64,000 nucleotides of DNA, from positions 44,833 through 108,832 of the forward strand of contig CAYOYV010000002.1 in assembly GCA_964408285.1 (NCBI GenBank), written 5' to 3'. The stretch is from an uncultured Nitrososphaerota archaeon (GTDB lineage Archaea; Thermoproteota; EX4484-205; JAAOZO01). The stretch's first letter is position 1; the number at the start of each line of letters is the position of its first letter. Of this stretch, positions 20,693 to 30,100 are shown piece after piece. Below the pieces are notes generated by a model. The model was not told the origin of the DNA and ran no database searches. It saw nothing but the letters and a program-made list of their open reading frames with translations. The translations under genes were made by a program, and so were the position numbers.

Positions 20693-21892
20693 ATGTCGGA
20701 GGACTCACACTCTGCCTGGAGCAAACTGCCCATAGATCTTCAAGAGCAGTTCTACGGCAAAGTGGAGCAGGAAGCCAGGAGCCTGATAAAGGTCCTACAA
20801 GAGAGTGGAGTCGCCCTTGAGGAGGCAAAGCCAAAGATAAGGCCATACATACATGCCTCCACATTCGGAACCGACACGAATACGAAGATAGGGGCTGTGG
20901 ATGGGTCATTCTCCCCTAGGGCAAGTGAGAGGATTGGGGGTAGATTCGCGGTGTACTCTGCAGGATTTCTGATGCTAAAGGACAAAGAGATTACAGATGA
21001 AGGCTATTGGGGAGACGATTTCAGACAAGATCAATCATATCCTCATCCTCTATTCACAGCAGGGTTGCAGGTCATCGAGTCCGAAATCGAGAAGGAAGCT
21101 TCACTGCGAGCGTTGGAAAAAAACCCAGACCTGCTTCTCGTCGATGGCGGCTTCCTTGGATTCGCATATTCTTTATTCAAGATCAGAAAAGAAACAAGCG
21201 TTCCGGATTGGCTGGAGAAAAGAGCCCAACATGCTCTGGAGATGACGTATAGATTGCTGGACTCCGGAAAGTGCGCAGGAGTTGTCAAGAGGGGAAGAAG
21301 CAGAGCAATAGGAGGGTGGCTGTCGATGTTGGCAAGAAGAAGGAGCCCTCTTGTTAGATATCTTGACAAACAGATATTGTACGCCATGATGTCACCCCCT
21401 TCGGTTCTAGATTACGCTGAGATCCTAGGACGGCCGGGTTTCCACAGAACACATACAAGAATCAGTGAGCTTCTAGACAGTGGAAGAACAACGGACCCAA
21501 TCGAGGCAATGGAAGAGGCTAAGTTCTGGGCTGTGAACTCAATGGCAAAAGCTCTCGGAACCACCGACGAGAGAAAGATCAGGGATTTGGAATCACGCAT
21601 TAACAGGATTCAAATCAGGGTCAGCGAAGATGCTCCTCCCTTTGAACTGGAGCTGGCAGCAGGTTCCGAAGACCGAATCATGAGAGCTTTGTTCTCAAGC
21701 TCGGATAACTTCAATCGGGCAACTGGACTCCCTATCGCGATAGATCTTGTCGATGAATATGTGTCCCTCCCCATGGAGTTCACAAAGGAATTCGTGACAG
21801 AGGTCGAGGCTAGATTGGCACAAATGTACGAAGGGGATCTAAACGACGTAAAAGGATTTTTCTCGAATATGAATCCTCAGAAAGAGTCGTAG
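20693..21892 (+). CDS. nurA: NurA-family nuclease
   Basis: GAVDGS, E..A, LLLVDG, GVVKR and GLPIAIDLVD motifs; 6 bp downstream of herA. Confidence 0.82.
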   Translation: MSEDSHSAWSKLPIDLQEQFYGKVEQEARSLIKVLQESGVALEEAKPKIRPYIHASTFGTDTNTKIGAVDGSFSPRASERIGGRFAVYSAGFLMLKDKEITDEGYWGDDFRQDQSYPHPLFTAGLQVIESEIEKEASLRALEKNPDLLLVDGGFLGFAYSLFKIRKETSVPDWLEKRAQHALEMTYRLLDSGKCAGVVKRGRSRAIGGWLSMLARRRSPLVRYLDKQILYAMMSPPSVLDYAEILGRPGFHRTHTRISELLDSGRTTDPIEAMEEAKFWAVNSMAKALGTTDERKIRDLESRINRIQIRVSEDAPPFELELAAGSEDRIMRALFSSSDNFNRATGLPIAIDLVDEYVSLPMEFTKEFVTEVEARLAQMYEGDLNDVKGFFSNMNPQKES

Positions 21893-21993
21893 GTGGTGTC
21901 AGGATAAGCAGATAATACAAGCAAATGTGAGACCAGAGATCGGAATTACGAATCTCTTATATAGCTTTGGGGCTCTGCCTTAATAGCAGAAAA

Positions 21994-24624
21994 ATGAGAA
22001 GAGAAGAAATGGGATTAGTAGGCCTCTCGTTCTTGATTCTCTTACTGTTATCGTATGTCACTCCAAGCATGCTCTATATGGCATCAGCTCCTGTGTCCGA
22101 ACTCGCTAGGACATTTTGGCCAACTGATGATGCCCAAATCTATCAGAAATACCCAGATTCCAACTACGGTGGTCTTACATGGGTGGCCGTCCAGAGCGCG
22201 ACTTCTGAGAATTGTCGCGGCTTGCTACGCTTTGACCTGAGCAACATCCCGCCCGGTGCCAAGGTGATTTCAGCAAGGGTGTATCTGTTCAAATACATCG
22301 CACCTTCGGTATCGAGAACGTACTACTGCCATCCCGCCAGTAGTTCCTGGTCAGAAAGCTCACTAACCTGGAACAATCAGCCAGGAATATACACAACAGG
22401 ATCAACCACGGTTATAGGTACGACTCCAAGCACATGGTCAAGCTGGGATGTGGCTTCATCGGTTCAGAAGTTCGCGGCGAGAGATGCTGCCAGTGCCGCA
22501 TCAAACTACGGATGGAAGATAGGGGATAATAGTGAAGGTTCGGTCACTACTTATCAATCCTTCTTCTATTCGAAAGAACACAGCGATGCTGCATATCGAC
22601 CCTATCTGAGACTGACATATTATCCCCCTCATCTTGAACTCCAAACATATGGCTCGTCATTCGTTGCCGGGAATTGGGTCAAGATGACAGTGAATAGGAA
22701 GGATTACGATAACAACCCAATAACCAGGGGTAATCTCAATGTCAAGATGACCTCAACTTCAACTTCACTGAACAAGAAATTCTCTCTGTCAGAGGGAGGA
22801 GCAGCTATTACAAGCTTGGTTATTCCAGACGGTTCAAGCTCCAAGGACTTCTGGTATTATGATGACAAGGCAGGGACTTGGACAATCCAGGCATTCACTG
22901 ACGATTACATGTACTACGTGAGCGGAGTTCCCCCGTACATGATATTTGAGATGAACTACGGCGATGATAAGGCGCAGCAGACTGTGAATCCGGCCGCTCT
23001 GGATCGTTTCGTCCTGAATACGATATCGTCTCCCAAGACTGCTGGGGAAGCCTTTATGATAACTATCACAGCAAAGGATGTCTACGGCAACACTGTAACA
23101 ACCTATACCGGCACGAATTCGCTTTCAGACACGACTGGAACAATGGCGCCACCGTTGACGGGTGCCTTCGTGTCTGGTGTGTGGTCCGGGAATGTAATCA
23201 TCAATAAGGTCGCTTCCGCAGTTAGGATTTCAACGTCAGGGGGAGGGAAGACAGGGCAAAGTAACGCTTTCGATGTGAAGGCTGGCCCCCCAGCGAAAAT
23301 TGCCATAAAGCCAGCGACATTGACTGCTGCTGCAGCAGTCCAATATTCTTCAATCACACTTTCTATTAGGGACAGTCACGACTTCAATACTTCAAGTGCC
23401 TCGGCGATAGTCATCGCGCTATCTACAACATCCCCTGACGGGGAGTTCAGGAATCCAGGAACTACGACGAGGATAACCAGCATCACCGTGCCTCCCGGCG
23501 CGACTTACGTGCTTGTTGACTATTTTGACATAAGAGGTGGGACTTGGATACTCACCGCCTCTGCTGCGGGCTTGAGTTCTGGAACAGCAACGGTCACTGT
23601 AATCCCTGATACTAGGCCACCGGAAACCAGCATTAATGCCGGTTCTCCCAAGTATCAGACCAGCACAACTCTATATGTTACAGATCTCACAGCATTTACG
23701 CTCTCTGCTATTGACGACGCTAGCGGAGTAAAGGAGACCAAATACAGGATAGACACCGGGCCCTGGACTCTATATTCAGGAGATTTCAATCTGGGTACGT
23801 ACTCCGAAGGGACTCACACCATCGGATTTTACAGTGTTGACAGGGCAGGCAATTCAGAGCCTGAGAGAACTCTATCCGCTTTCATCGACAAGACACCTCC
23901 CCGGGTCCAGATCATAGAGCCAGTGGGATCGGTCGTGGCCAAGACAGCTTCTGTCAGATTTAGGGCCTCAGTTGTGGAAACAGGTTCTGGCATTGCCACT
24001 ATTGAGTGCATACTTGATGGAACATCAAAGGGCCCGATGGCAAAGGAAGGAGAGGCATATGCAATTACCTTGGATGTTGTGCCTGGAATGCATAGATGGA
24101 GTGTTGACGCAGTAGACAATATTGGAAACACCTTGGGGGCAACTGCTGAGACTCAATTCATCCTGACAATCGATACTGATCCCCCAGTCATATCAAACGT
24201 TGCTCTCTCCCCTCCGTCACCTGTTTGGATGGAGCAAATCAAGGTGTCTGCCTCGATAACAGATGCGGCATCGGGCCTGAAGCAAGCCACCCTATATTAC
24301 TCAACCGATAGTGGTGCAACTTGGAGCAAGATCACCATGACTCCGACCGCAGGAGCCTTCGAGGCCACAATTCCCGCCCAAGGACCAATGGCGAAGGTAC
24401 AATACTACATCGAGGCCTCGGACCTGCTTGCGAATACAACCAGAAACTCCACTCAGGAGATCTCAATAGGAATACCGATCTGGGGTTATGGCGCTGGAGG
24501 CCTGATCATCGTGCTGATTCTTATATTCCTACTGACAAGGCTCACGGGTAAGCCTGCTCAGGTGCCCTCGCCCACTTACCCACCACCCCCTCAGCCCCAA
24601 CCTCCTCCGCCGCCACCTCCCTAG
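21994..24624 (+). CDS. Cell-surface protein: DNRLRE domain, several Ig-like domains, C-terminal TM anchor and poly-Pro tail
   Basis: Signal/TM; DAQI...PDSNYG...RGLLRFDLS...FYSKE...RPYL; DTRPP/DKTPP/DTDPP Ig-repeat junctions; YSVDRAGN; TM then PPPPQPQPPPPPPP. Confidence 0.8.
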   Translation: MRREEMGLVGLSFLILLLLSYVTPSMLYMASAPVSELARTFWPTDDAQIYQKYPDSNYGGLTWVAVQSATSENCRGLLRFDLSNIPPGAKVISARVYLFKYIAPSVSRTYYCHPASSSWSESSLTWNNQPGIYTTGSTTVIGTTPSTWSSWDVASSVQKFAARDAASAASNYGWKIGDNSEGSVTTYQSFFYSKEHSDAAYRPYLRLTYYPPHLELQTYGSSFVAGNWVKMTVNRKDYDNNPITRGNLNVKMTSTSTSLNKKFSLSEGGAAITSLVIPDGSSSKDFWYYDDKAGTWTIQAFTDDYMYYVSGVPPYMIFEMNYGDDKAQQTVNPAALDRFVLNTISSPKTAGEAFMITITAKDVYGNTVTTYTGTNSLSDTTGTMAPPLTGAFVSGVWSGNVIINKVASAVRISTSGGGKTGQSNAFDVKAGPPAKIAIKPATLTAAAAVQYSSITLSIRDSHDFNTSSASAIVIALSTTSPDGEFRNPGTTTRITSITVPPGATYVLVDYFDIRGGTWILTASAAGLSSGTATVTVIPDTRPPETSINAGSPKYQTSTTLYVTDLTAFTLSAIDDASGVKETKYRIDTGPWTLYSGDFNLGTYSEGTHTIGFYSVDRAGNSEPERTLSAFIDKTPPRVQIIEPVGSVVAKTASVRFRASVVETGSGIATIECILDGTSKGPMAKEGEAYAITLDVVPGMHRWSVDAVDNIGNTLGATAETQFILTIDTDPPVISNVALSPPSPVWMEQIKVSASITDAASGLKQATLYYSTDSGATWSKITMTPTAGAFEATIPAQGPMAKVQYYIEASDLLANTTRNSTQEISIGIPIWGYGAGGLIIVLILIFLLTRLTGKPAQVPSPTYPPPPQPQPPPPPPP

Positions 24625-24721
24625 ACCCTCTGAGGTCTAGGCAGCGCGCACGCATACCGAGAGAAGCTCAAGGTCACACCATATACTTAATATCCAATAA
24701 GGAGATTTTCAACGGAATAGG

Positions 24722-25453
24722 ATGAAATACCGTCTGCTTTGCGAGATAGGACCAGATGGTTCCACTCAGATACTTGTTCAGGATTTACCTGGATGCTATA
24801 GCAGAGCCCCGACATTCGACGAGGCAGTCAGGAAGGTGCCAAACAAGATACGAGAATTCCTTGACTGGTTGAGGATACATGGGGAATCGATTGAGGAAAC
24901 CCAATATGATGTTGAGACGGAGATATCAGAGACAATAAGAGGATGCTGGCCAGTGAATCTAGGTGACAGCCAAGCGTTGTTCAATGCAGATCTAAAGCCG
25001 CTGAACCAAGAAGAAGTGGATCGTTATCTCAATTATATGAGCTATGCTCGCGAGGACCTAATCGATCTTTATCTGAGAGTCCCGAAGGATGCGTTGGAAT
25101 GGAAGCCAGACGATTCAACTCCTAGGAACATAAAACGCATTGCAGAACATGTGGGGGAAGTTGATTTGTTCTATATCGAGAGACTCAGAGGAAGAAGACA
25201 CGAAGAATGGCCTCTGAATTTCCTGGAGACGACAGAGGAGACAAGGAAATTGAGGATGCTTGCTCTCTCGAAAGATGAGAGGAATTGCAGCGTGAGCTAT
25301 CACCAGCCGGGAGGTTGGACCGGAACAACAAGCCCAGAAGGTTGGACGGCCAGAAAGGTTCTGAGGAGATTCATATGGCATGAGAGACTCCACACCGCCA
25401 CCATGAAGAGGCTCCTCAACCTGTTTGCTCAGCCAAAACAGGGAAAGCCATGA
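24722..25453 (+). CDS. HicB-like N-terminal domain fused to a DinB-like four-helix domain
   Basis: VQDLPGCYSRAPTFDEAV (HicB-like); IAEHVGEVD and WTARKVLRRFIWHERLH (DinB His triad). Confidence 0.75.
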   Translation: MKYRLLCEIGPDGSTQILVQDLPGCYSRAPTFDEAVRKVPNKIREFLDWLRIHGESIEETQYDVETEISETIRGCWPVNLGDSQALFNADLKPLNQEEVDRYLNYMSYAREDLIDLYLRVPKDALEWKPDDSTPRNIKRIAEHVGEVDLFYIERLRGRRHEEWPLNFLETTEETRKLRMLALSKDERNCSVSYHQPGGWTGTTSPEGWTARKVLRRFIWHERLHTATMKRLLNLFAQPKQGKP

Positions 25454-25609
25454 TCTGTCCAACATATTTCGGAAGCAGTTCATGGGAATTGACAGGACCG
25501 CGATGAGCTCACAACGCTAATGTACAATGCGCCGGAAAGGATTCTGCCTTCTGATATTTCTCTGTATGGACACAGTTTTAAATGAAGCCCCGGGGTGTGA
25601 CATGATGCG

Positions 25610-27145
25610 ATGAGTGGGATTAGGTTCAGATATTCCGGCATCGTCGCATTCTCTGCCAATATCCTTTCGGTCCTCACGGGTCTTATCTTCTCGGTTGTGG
25701 TGACAAGGAGGTTATCGGTGCAGGAGTTTGGCACTTGGCAATTCTACTCGAGCTCATTAGCATATTTCGCCTTGCCCTCATATATAGTGAATTACTGGCT
25801 CACAAGGAACATTGGCCGTGGCAAGAGTGCTGTGAATTCAGCTCTGACGTTCAATGCCGTTTTCTCTTGGCTGGCGACGATCCTTTTCTTCGCAACATCG
25901 ATTGTTCTGACGAACTACGCTTATGCTTCCAATGAGGTGATTATAGTCTTCGGGATTTGGCTCCTAACGTCATATCTCTCTTCCACAACTGACGCCGCTG
26001 CCTCCGGTTCGCTTCCACACTTGTACGGATACGGGGTAGCGGTGTTTGAACTGGCCAAGGTCATCTCTGGCGCGATTCTAGTTGCTTGGCTAAGACTGGG
26101 GCTTGCAGGAGCCGTGATTTCCGTCGATATCGCACTATTACTGAGGTTCGTCCTTCTGTATTTCCTTGTTCCAGAGTCTCTAAAAGGGAGGATTGGGTTC
26201 TCAGAGGCATTTGGCTGGCTCAGGAGATTCTGGATTCCGCTAACCAGTGTTTTGCCGGGTCTGATATTCTCCCTAGATGTAATTCTTGTAACCATAATAA
26301 CGGGCAATCCAACTTCCGCTGCGTATGTCAGAGCCTCCACGACCTTTTCGATGGTGATTCTATTCTCCAACTCCCTTTCCATCGCACTGTATCCGAAGCT
26401 TCTATCTGGAGGTGGTAGAAAGGAAATCGAGGACTCCCTAAAAATGGTAATGATGTTTGCGATTCCGATGTTCTTGGGCATTTTCTTCCTTGCCGAACCA
26501 TTGCTCTATCTTCTAAGGGCTCAGTATGCCACCGCGGTATGGGTATTGAGAGCCTACGCAACTCTACATTTCCTGGGAACGATCAAGGCGATTCTTATCA
26601 CGATTCTTCTTGGCACAGAGAAAGTCGACATTGACGAAACGGCAACATACAAGGAATTCTCGTCTTCATCGTTGATGAAGGTGCCAATGGCCGACATTCT
26701 CAATTCATCGATATATATCGGCGTGATTCTAGTTTCGTCCTTCTGGCTGAATTCTATTGGAACCGAACCTGTGATGCTCTCACTGAGTCTGGCAGTTATC
26801 TACATTGTGGCAATGCTGCCATTTCTCCTATACTATTGGAGGGCCTCGAAGAGAAGAGTGGAGTATTCGTTCCCGGTTGGGAGTCTCGCAAGATACCTCG
26901 CAGCAGGTTCAGTGATGGTTTGCTTCCTGTTGTTCTTCTTCCCAACTGGAGCTATGAGCGAGCAGATATTCAACGTCATGGTGTCCCTACTTCCAGTGAT
27001 CGGGGTAAGTGCCATCCTATACTTCTCAGTTCTGATCGCAATAGATGGAGAAACAAGGCAGCTCGTCGTATTGGTGCTAGCGAGAATTGAGAAAATCATC
27101 AAAGACCTCCAGTCTCCCATTACTCAATCCGACAAGGGGCAATAG
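25610..27145 (+). CDS. Wzx/MOP-superfamily oligosaccharide flippase
   Basis: About 14 TM helices; VTRRLSVQEFGTW N-terminal pattern and ALYPKL motif of polysaccharide exporters. Confidence 0.78.
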   Translation: MSGIRFRYSGIVAFSANILSVLTGLIFSVVVTRRLSVQEFGTWQFYSSSLAYFALPSYIVNYWLTRNIGRGKSAVNSALTFNAVFSWLATILFFATSIVLTNYAYASNEVIIVFGIWLLTSYLSSTTDAAASGSLPHLYGYGVAVFELAKVISGAILVAWLRLGLAGAVISVDIALLLRFVLLYFLVPESLKGRIGFSEAFGWLRRFWIPLTSVLPGLIFSLDVILVTIITGNPTSAAYVRASTTFSMVILFSNSLSIALYPKLLSGGGRKEIEDSLKMVMMFAIPMFLGIFFLAEPLLYLLRAQYATAVWVLRAYATLHFLGTIKAILITILLGTEKVDIDETATYKEFSSSSLMKVPMADILNSSIYIGVILVSSFWLNSIGTEPVMLSLSLAVIYIVAMLPFLLYYWRASKRRVEYSFPVGSLARYLAAGSVMVCFLLFFFPTGAMSEQIFNVMVSLLPVIGVSAILYFSVLIAIDGETRQLVVLVLARIEKIIKDLQSPITQSDKGQ

Positions 27146-27147
27146 AG

Positions 27148-30100
27148 TTATCTCGTTTCTACTCCCTCGGCTGGTTGTTCGTATGTCAAGAGTAGCTTTT
27201 CAGCTTGGACTTCTGTGTATTTGCTGCCCGAGATTATCGCGACGTTCTTTTTCAGGATGATGCTGGCCAAAGTCATCGCAGAGCTGATGGCCCCGTCGTC
27301 TGAGTCTATTGTGACCGTGTCCACATCCCTGAGTTCCTCCACGAGTCTGGATACAGTGCCCTGTGGATTCTCCACCGATATCTTCCTGACTTCTATAGCA
27401 GGCGGCCAAATGCCCTCCCTCCACAATTTCCTCTTCAGCTCATTCATTTTCTGAGTCGTTTCTCCTCTTGAATAGACTATGAGAAGCTGCGGATGATATA
27501 CCCTAACTAGAGAGAGGAGGGGCTCAATTGAACTTCCGAATGGAGCAGCAACCCTTGCCTTCGAGGCGGTCCACTCGAATACCAGCCTCCTTATGTGAGA
27601 AGCGACTTCGTGGACCTGTGTCTCTGCCATCTTGGGGTATGCGGAGTCTGGGTTTACCCTGAGTGAGACCTGAAATCCAGTTCCTTCTCCGCTTTTGACT
27701 TCTATTGTATTATTCGAGGTGAATCCCTTGTTTCCGCTTCTGCTGTACTTGAACCTAACAGAGTGAAGAGGCCTACCATATTCGTCAACAGTGGACTTCT
27801 TTGAGACTTCGCCTATCAGTATCTCTAGTTGCTTCCCGCTTGCCGGCAACCTTTCGGCCAGATAATCGACCAGAATATTCACCTTCTCTTGGGGAACTCG
27901 GGCAGGTATTTGCAGGATCCATTCATTTCCTATCTTCGCATGTTCCTCAAGCTTCCACTTAATCCTGAGAGAAGGCGTTGCAATTCTCGATGCGGTAAAT
28001 GCAGGGATTGCTGCGCCTATCACGGAGACCAATACAGAGATCCCGACTATTGAGAGCATGTCGCCTGTTGATGTCTTGACGTCGACGGGTATTGAAACGC
28101 CTCCTAGAGAGAAAAGACGGAATGCGGCGAAACTCAGCAGATAACCGATTCCTCCACCTATTATTCCAAGCATAGCTCCCTCCGCCACATGGAGAAGGAA
28201 TATGTGCGTTGGATTCAGGCCCACAGCGGAAAATGCGAATATCTCCGACCTTCTCTCTTGGACCGATGAGAGCAAAACCACTAGTATGTTGAGGACGATT
28301 ATGACAAGTGGGATAATTGCTGAAACTCCCGTCAGCTCATTGACGGAACCCCTGAAGAAGAAAACCGGATTCCCACCACTGGGAAGTGCGAGGGCATAGA
28401 AATTAGCGAGCAAAGACAGCCTTTCTCCCGCAGAAAGAATGTCCTCGCTACGGACTTCACAATACAGTTTTGACACCCTTGCTCCAAGTTTCATTGAGGT
28501 GGTGTCAGACGCAAGCAATAGGAATTCCGGGTCAACAGTAGTGTTCAACGCTGCCGGGCCTGCGACGATCTGTATTGGCAGCCATTCCGCTCCATCTGGG
28601 TCCTTTAGACTCCTCAGTCTTGAACCATCGAAAACTCCAACAATCAACAGCTTGACATTCTTGAACACCAATGACATGCCGACTTCCAGTCCCTGTGATC
28701 TTGCAACGTAGTCACTTATGAGAACGGAATTTCCCTCCAAGAATAATCTGTCTGTTGCGTTTCGAGGATTGGTTGATGCCTTGATAACATCAATGTTTGG
28801 ATCGCCTTTCGCTATTCCTCTCACGGCCATTATCGTAACTGAGCCTATCTCCCCTATGCCAGACTGGGATGGGGGCGATTCAGCCTTCGCATAGGCCCCT
28901 ATTAGGCCCGACTGGCTTGAGACAAAGTCCAAATCAATCCGAGTGAAGAATCCAGTGGGTTTTGACACCAGAATAAGACTTGGGCTTTCGAGTGGCCACC
29001 TGGAATTCATAACGAATTGGCTAGCCCCAATAGTTGTCCTCATCGCGCTGAAAGTCGATAATCCCAACACAAACGTGGTAAGGGATATCAGGGATAGCAG
29101 TGTCCTTGTCTTCCTTTTCTTCATGTTCCCTGACGAGTAAGAAATGGCCAACATTATGGCGGGGACTAGGCTGACCCCTCCCTCACTCCTATAGTTGCTC
29201 ATCAGCCTCGGCAAGAGGAAGAAAAGAATCAAAGCCACGAACAGGAAATAGGATCCGATTATGGCCTCCCCGAAGGAGAATTGAGCAAATCCAGGATATG
29301 TCTGATACACGATCGTCATCACCACTGCGAATGAGATAACAAGGAAGACTACTTCATCGCTGATCTTCTCAAACAACGAACCTGCCAAAGCAACGCAGAC
29401 CAAGATCACAAGAGCGAAGATGGCCACTTGGCTGGTCGTCGCGCCCTTGTATATTGTATTCATAGCACCCAGTATGTTCATGCTGACCAAGTACGCCCTC
29501 TTCTGGGCTTCTGCACCAACAGCAGGATTCACTGTTGAGTTGAATAGGATCAAGGCTCTGTCTATTTCTTCTAGCCTTTGGGATTCCAGGCCAAGATAGA
29601 ACCCCTGCAAGCTCTGCTTCTCCACCGCCTTCTTGGCCTGTTCCACCATTCTATCGACCAGCATTTGATTCCTAGCAACCAACATTGAGGCGAGTGAGGT
29701 GGAATTCACCGTCTCGCTTTCCTCCGCAATCAGAGGCATCGAAGCATTCCCCAACGAGCCATAGATTATCTCATTGCCGATCCTTGCCTTCAGGGTGATT
29801 GCCAGAGGGATGTCAGAGGGAATTACAATGCTGCTGGGGTCTATGTTGAGAAGCCTGAGGTAAACGGCGTTCGTACTGGTGTAGTTCGTAACGAGGCTGG
29901 TTCCTTTTGGCAAAGCATAGACCTTCTCGAAAAGGACTCCGATTGCTTTGAATGATAGCTCGATGTCCGGGATTCTGTCTTGAGATATCTCAGTGACGAA
30001 GTTTGCTATTTTGACAATGGAACCTGGGATTAGGGTCAGATTAGCCGATTTCCTGTCGCCCGGGTTCGCATTGCCAAGACTCGCAATGACAGGAACATAT

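Noticed and set aside
19226-21892. Calling herA-nurA a known anti-phage system
   Set aside because: No Sir2, DUF4297 or other defence partner is adjacent; kept only as an atypical repair cluster
24578-24621. C-rich low-complexity tract as a DNA repeat
   Set aside because: Explained by the poly-proline coding tail with varied codons
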